Position numbers and translations under genes: made by a program. The notes beneath the pieces are model-generated. The model had not been told where the DNA came from, did not search any database, and saw only the letters and a program-made list of their open reading frames with translations. DNA of 64,000 nt, from the NCBI GenBank assembly GCA_026936335.1, contig JAPMXV010000020.1, forward strand, positions 124,001-188,000, in the 5' to 3' direction. Source of the DNA: Mantamonas sphyraenae STR306 (taxonomy: Eukaryota > Protista > CRuMs). This document shows, in pieces, positions 58,301-64,000 of this stretch (the first letter of the stretch is position 1; every line of letters begins with the position of its first letter).

Positions 58301-60312
58301 TTGCATTTGTGGATGTCAAGTCGTGGCTTCCCACGCTGCGGCGCGAAGGAGTGATGATCAAGCTGTTTGAGCTGCGCACCGAACTGCTGAAGGAGCCGAA
58401 CGCGCAGGCGATCAAGCAGCTGCACAGCATCTACTCGTTCATGATCATGATGGCGCAGAGCGAACACGCAGCAGACGCCATGTACGATCAGGAGCTGTTG
58501 ACGTACCTGTGCAACGACGTCTTTGCAACACACGGCATGGAGCTGTACACGGACGATGGGACGAGCAACAAACTGCACGCAGTGTGGTGCATGGAGTTGT
58601 GTCTGATGACGACGTTGCTGCAGACCCTGGGCCAGAGTGGCGCCACATTGGGTGAACACGGAAGTGGAGGCAGCGGAGGCAAAGCCGCGAGCAGCAGCAG
58701 CAGCGCCAAACGTGGTGGTGTTGGGGGTGGCACAAACTCCTCGAGGTACACGCAGTCGCACAACAGTTCTATGATGGACACAGAGTCATCGACGCTTGCG
58801 GACTCGATTAACAGAGACGTGCAGTCGCAGCAACGCGAACGCGTGCTGCGTGCACAGCGCATTCTGGGCCAGGTGCTGGACTATGTGAGCATCCACCACA
58901 CGCGCTTCCTGGAGGTTTTGGAGGCGCAGTCGTCGACACGTGCAGAGACGCACTTGGAGCTTCTGACGCTGCGCAGTGTGGAGGAAACCGAACGGATCAC
59001 GGGCTTGTTCTTCCAGGTGGCACACTATGCAAAGCAGTGGCGCTTTGAACTGCCTCAACTGGCCAACGAGTTGTCGTGGCACATCCTGTTTCTTGTGCAG
59101 CGATACATGCAGTACCTGTTCTCGCCGATGGCGCCGATGCACTACTCGCAGGCGGTTTCGCGTGAAGAAAAGGGCCTGCAGAAGCATGTGGTGACGACGC
59201 TTGGACAGCAGTCGCTGCTGGTGAGTTCCAACAGCATGGTGGGTGGCTCTGCCATGGCGGGTGCCGGCGGGTATTCAAGTGCTGTTGGGATGGGAGGCGG
59301 TGCAGGAGGCGCAGGCGTGCGCAGGCTGGTGGCAGTCAGTACAGTCAAGAAGCGCAAGGGCGGTGCAAGCAAGAGCAGCGTGGGTGCAGGCAAGAGTGTG
59401 CAATTTGGCAGCGGGTCGGAAAACGGCGAGAGCAACAAGGACGAGGCGGACAGCGCAGGCGGGATTGGAGGCGATCTGATGAAGCGACGCAAGGAGAAAA
59501 AGGCAAAGGAGGCAGCCGCAGCGGCTGCGGCCGTGTCGGATGCAACAGCCACAACGAGTACGGTGGGTACGGAAGCGCTGGGAGGAGGTGGAGGAGGTGA
59601 CGACGGGACGGAAAACATGCAGGGAGGCAGCACGCTGTTCCAGCGCTCGATCAACGATGGGATCTACCTGAATCTGCGGAACAGTTTGGCTTGCATGCGT
59701 TTGTTGATCCCAGACATTCTGGAGGTCGCAACGGAGCAGTTTGAAAGCAGCGGGTCGTTGGATTGGCAGTGGGAGGACAGAGATCTGCTTGGACACACGC
59801 CGTTGTTTGCGTTCCGGGCCAAAAACAGCGAAAGCAACGAAGACCCAACGCTGGGCGATGTGGTGAAGTTCCTGGCACACAGTTTCAAGGCGCTGACGGA
59901 CATGCTTGCAAGCAACCGATCCAAGGCGGACACGGTGAGCCTGTCGTGGCTGTCGGAGGAGCAACTGCGCTCTGTGTTGCGTTTCTGCGTGGAAGTGGCG
60001 GCACAGACAATTGTGAACCATGTGATGCTGTACTACCAGGGAGAAAAAGGGCGTCATTTCCTGGAGGCAGTGCGGGAGTCGCGACGGCGAGGTGGACGGC
60101 AGGCAGCGACGTCGGCAGACTTTGGCAAGGATATGTTGGACCGACTGTGCAAGACAGTGTACGGCAGCTCGACGTATGCAGCGTTCAAGCGGATGGTGGG
60201 CAAGATCAACAACGTGTCGGCCATGGAGACGGAGGAGCTGAATGCGGTGGTGGCATGGCTGGATCATTTGGAAGGTGTGGTGCAACCGATGCGTGCGTCT
60301 TTGTGGATGTGA
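52333..60312 (+). CDS. NUP188: Nucleoporin Nup188; exons 52333-52944, 53027-53200, 53320-60312 (~2590 aa)
   Basis: LSDLL|SLDELQ, HYYHDQRL, ECVEGDYSVTL, IFAASHSWRY...RWKL and SLETQSGLAELFLN (cf. AVETQPGLIELFLN). Large helical solenoid with G/S-rich insertions. Confidence 0.8.
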
Positions 60313-60358
60313 ACAGGAGGGCGCTGAGAGAGGCAAATCAAAATCCAACAACCAAACC

Positions 60359-61669
60359 ATGTTCACGAGGGTGTTGATGAACCGCGGTATGGCACGCAGT
60401 GCGGTGTGCTTTGGCCAGGCCAACACGGCACGGACGGTGGTGGGTCAGTACGACGCCGAGGCGCTGGTGGAGGAGCTGGAACAGCAACAGGTGGCAGATG
60501 GGAAGGCAGGGAAGACGAAAACGATCAACACGACGGGCTATGCAACGCCGGAACTGGATGATGAGCCGAAGCGCGCACGTGCCACGGTGGTGGAGAGGGT
60601 GGCAGAACCGGTGGCGTATGTGGACAACACGTACGAGCTGCTGCGACCTCGCATCACGGTGGTGGGAGTGGGTGGCGCCGGAGGTGAGTTTCGGAGCAAC
60701 AACGGATTTGAAAAAGCGCGCGCGAGCGGGCGATTTTCCTGTGCGGCGAGCTGACACGCAAGAGGGATCTGCACAGGCAATGCGGTGAACAACATGATTG
60801 CTTCCAACTTGGAGGGAGTTGACTTTCTCGTTTGCAACACAGACTCGCAAGCACTGGCGCAATCGATGACGGCGAACCGCATTCAGCTTGGCGCCAAAAT
60901 CACGCACGGGTTGGGCGCAGGCGCAAAGCCGGATCAGGGCCGTCTGGCAGCAGAGGAGTCGCTGGAGGAGATCCTGGACGAGATTGAAGAGTGCAACATG
61001 GTGTTCATCACAGGCGGTCTGGGAGGAGGCACGGGAACAGGTGCCGCGCCCGTGATTGCCCGCGCGGCAAGCGAGCTGGGCATCCTGACAGTGGCGGTGG
61101 TGTCCAAGCCGTTTGGATTCGAGGGAAGGCAGCGTAACCTGGTGGCTGAGGCTGGTATGACGGAGCTGGAAAAGTTCTGCGACTCGCTGGTGGTGATTCC
61201 CAACCAGAAGCTGTTGGCAAACTCGACGCCGCAGACAACACTGGAAGACGCTTTCCGAATGGCAGACGACGTGTTGCTCAGTGGCGTCAAGGGAGTGACC
61301 AGTCTCATCAACGAGGCCGGTCTGGTCAACCTGGACTTTGCCGATGTGCGCACGGTGATGGCCAACATGGGCCGTGCTCTGATGGGCACAGGCGTGGCCA
61401 ACGGCGAGGACCGTGCGGCCAAGGCAGCGTTGGCAGCGTTGAACAACCCTCTGCTGGAGGACTGTGATCTGAGCAGCGCATATGGCGTCCTACTTAACGT
61501 CAGCGGTGGAAAGGACCTGGCTCTGCTCGAGGTCGATGAGGCGGCCAACATTGTGCAGGGTGCCGTCGCCGACGACGCAAACATTATTTTCGGCAGCAGC
61601 TTTGATGAGACGCTGACCGGCTCCGTGAAGGTGTCGGTGGTGGTCACAGGGATTGAGCCAGAGATGTGA
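60359..61669 (+). CDS. ftsZ: Mitochondrial FtsZ (short type, no C-terminal tail); exons 60359-60683, 60777-61669 (405 aa)
   Basis: PRITVVGVGGAG|GNAVNNMI, NTDSQAL, GLGAGA, GLGGGTGTGAAP, PFGFEG and NLDFADV. Presequence-like N-terminus MFTRVLMNRGMARS. Ends at VVVTGIEPEM. Confidence 0.95.
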
Positions 61670-61779
61670 TTGGAATGAACGACACGATGCAATGCAGGTT
61701 GATTGATTTTGAGAATGTGTCGGTGGTGGTGGTGGGGGGGTGGGAAGTGATGCACACATGCCGCACCAGTGTATCGCAT

Positions 61780-63561
61780 TTAGACGTCCAGAGAGTCGCG
61801 GATGCAAGAGGTGATGGCCTTGAGAAAGTTCATGGAGCCCGAGCGGGGCTTGGAGAGGCCACGAGTGCTGCGGTGCTTGACAATGTGGACAAACTCGGGC
61901 CCTTCGAGGGTGCCGCTCCTGTCGTCGTCAAAGACGGTAAAGACGGCTTCGACAATCTCGTCTTCGAGCTCGACGCCTGCGATGGCCTTGGCGGCCTGCT
62001 TCATGAGGTCTGGGGTGAGGCTGTCGCCCATTTTGGTGACGAGCTGGATGGCAATCTCGACCTCATCGAGGTGGTCGAGGAAGGTGTTGAATTCGTGGAA
62101 CTGGCGAAAGTTGATGCGGTACTCGTTGCCGTTGAGGCGCTCCTTGATGTTGAGCATGAGGCGCGGGAGGTCACGCATGCGTGCGTAGCCGACGGTGGAG
62201 CGCATAAAGTCCTGCACCGAGATGGTGCCTGTACCCTCGGGATCAAAGTGGTCAAACTCGCGCTGCAACACCTCTTCACGAAGGCCGTTGAGGAACTTGA
62301 GAAAGGTGGGCAGATCCAGCTTGCCCTGGCCCTTTTCGCCAAAGAAGTGGAGCACCAGACCCGAGTTGGCCTTGAGCGTGCTGTGCATCTTGCTGTGCTT
62401 GTCGCGTCGCGAGAACCCAATCATGACCTGGTTGAACTCGGTGCGATCGATGACCCCGTTGCCGTCGAGGTCAAACATACGAAAGGCAATTTCAAAGAAT
62501 TGGGGCGGGGCTGGGAGGAGGAGGGTCGCGGGGAGCGGATTGGGCAACGGGTTAGTGGGTGATCGGCGGTCGGAGGGACCCCACAACTGGGGCGTGCGAC
62601 AACATACTGCGCAGCAGGGTGAGGAAGAACATGTACTCGTCAAAGTCAATGAGACCGTCACCGTCGGTGTCGGCCATGGCAATGTAGGAGGTCTTGCCGG
62701 TCTTGCCTTGCTGGGAAAAGGATTTCTGTGCGCGAGAGGGTCGTCAGCGCGAGTGGGGAATGCGAGCATGGCAGCGGGAGCTTGGTAGGGGGCGGGGTGC
62801 ACATGTGTGTGTGTGTGTGTCGGTTGGGTGTGGCGTGGGGCACACGTACCTTGTCGAGGAGAGTGCTTGCAGTGTCGCTGTGATACTCAAACGGGGTGAT
62901 GGAGCGCATAAAGTCGTCCACGGTCATGAAGTACTTGCCGCCCTTCTTCTTGCTGGCAAAGTACTCAAACACCTTTTCAAAGTTGCTGTTCTGGCGAATG
63001 CGATTCTCGTAGTTGCCTGCCACCTTGTCCTTGTAGCCCATGCTCTGCAAATGAATGGCGCGTGTGCGTGTGAGCGAGCGGGCAGCTGGGGAGGGGAATC
63101 GTGGGCAGGCGCACGAACGAGCTCTTTTAGGCGCCAGGGAAGGGAAGGGCAGGCTGGGCAGCAGTTGCACATAAGCTCAATGGATATGCAAAGAGGCACG
63201 GAGCAACGTGGAAGGCACTCACCTCCATTTCATAGGGGCCCGAGGTGGAGAGGAGCTGGGTGGCAAAGACAATTGCCGCGCCCGAGCACACGAGCGTGCG
63301 AAGGTCCAGGAGGCTGGCGAGACCCTCGTGAGAAGACTGTTGGTGCGAATGTTGCTCGTACTGACGAGTGGCCTGCCTGACTACCTGTTGGCGACCTGTC
63401 TGCTGGCCATGGTGGCCCAGGACAGGCGGCTGTGTGTGAAGGGATCGCAGGGCACGAAGGCCGCCCACGGCACGCACATGCTGAGTCTGCTGTGTCTGTA
63501 CCGTGCCTGCCGTGCGTCCCACGACCTTGCAGAGCTGCTTGCTACGTCCTCGGGCAAACAT
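61780..63561 (-). CDS. MICU1: Mitochondrial calcium uptake protein (MICU family, EF-hands); exons 63223-63561, 62850-63044, 62608-62725, 61780-62510 (460 aa)
   Basis: YENRIRQNSNFEKVFEYFAS...MTVDDFMRSITP, DTDGDGLIDFDEYMFFLTLL, FEIAFRMFDLDGNG and FTVFDDDRSGTL. Presequence-like N-terminus. Confidence 0.88.
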
Positions 63562-63643
63562 CCAGGTGGGAGGGAAGGGAAATGGTGGGGGTGGGAGCGC
63601 TGGAGGATTCATTGCTTGGAATCATTCAATGCCACCCTATGGC

Positions 63644-64000
63644 CTACACAAGGGTGCCGTCCAGAAGATCGCCACGCAGTTCGCTGTACTGCTTGGAGGC
63701 GTAGCGCATGCCGAGGGCGAGGACGATGACGGCGCCGAGGAAGCCAAAGAGCTCGCCATCGGAGGTGGTGGGCAGGGCGAGGAGAAAGTCGTAGGCACCG
63801 TGGATGAGGACAGGCACAGAGAGGAGCTTGACCACGCCAATGCTCTCTTTGAAAAAGTCACGGCGGGCCATGCCAACGCCAATGATGACGCCGTCGAGGG
63901 TGTGCAGAGGGACGGCCATGAGGGCGCGGAAGATGGCGACAGGCACAGTCCAGGTGACGGAGGTGCTGATGACGTAACCCACGTTCTCGAGGGTTGCAAA
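63644..64000 (-). CDS. PrsW family glutamic intramembrane protease, 5'-partial
   Basis: FATLENVGY, RALMAVPLH and PVLIHGAYD match PrsW motifs 2-4. Several hydrophobic helices. Confidence 0.8.
   Translation of the reverse strand, partial: FATLENVGYVISTSVTWTVPVAIFRALMAVPLHTLDGVIIGVGMARRDFFKESIGVVKLLSVPVLIHGAYDFLLALPTTSDGELFGFLGAVIVLALGMRYASKQYSELRGDLLDGTLV

Noticed and set aside
1-64000. Stop-codon reassignment as an explanation for the TGA at 21790
   Set aside because: TGA, TAA and TAG all end conserved proteins at their expected C-termini, so the code is standard and any recoding must be site-specific.
1-64000. Numerous long antisense or alternative-frame ORFs (e.g. 52015-54525, 15033-17009, 12525-14297)
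   Set aside because: These are shadow ORFs expected from high GC and codon bias opposite real genes; no recognisable motifs.
1-64000. CRISPR arrays, rRNA, tRNA, transposons
   Set aside because: Repeats are only coding microsatellites and a short (CA)n/poly-C tract at ~21630-21652. No spacer-repeat structure, transposase or RT motifs, or recognisable RNA genes were seen by eye.

Overview
Very gene-dense, GC-rich nuclear DNA from a eukaryote, most likely a flagellated heterotrophic protist. The evidence is GT-AG spliceosomal introns of about 76-360 nt with CTCAC/CTGAC branch motifs, the ciliary genes CFAP52, Chibby and ULK4, and a mitochondrial FtsZ. I reconstructed 24 protein-coding genes by hand, in order: a P-loop protein (5' partial), FNIP/Lst4, an LST2/ZFYVE28-like protein, two-domain ThyX, GINS2/Psf2, two coiled-coil proteins, a DCX-like/Zn-finger protein, CFAP52-like, a FAM241-like membrane protein, G3BP-like, an NF-YB-type histone fold, USP32-like, ATP synthase F6-like, a Dcp2-like Nudix, ULK4, a TIGR02452 PARG, Chibby, a 3668-aa ASH/Ig-repeat protein, CANT1 apyrase, Nup188, mitochondrial FtsZ, MICU and PrsW (5' partial). 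Intergenic gaps are often only 16-120 bp. The most interesting signal is the FAM241/DUF4605-like gene at 21684-22305 (-). Its apparent TGA stop is followed in frame by SRG, an 88-nt canonical intron and then G-C-TAG, and a SECIS-like hairpin lies in the 3' UTR. This makes it a candidate new selenoprotein ending ...PPPSA-U-SRGGC. Also notable are an intron-containing bacterial-type double-domain ThyX 46 bp downstream of GINS2, and seven single-base frame breaks confined to the first 29 kb, probably assembly indels. All family calls come from motifs I recognised by eye, not from database searches. No rRNA, tRNA, CRISPR or mobile element was seen.
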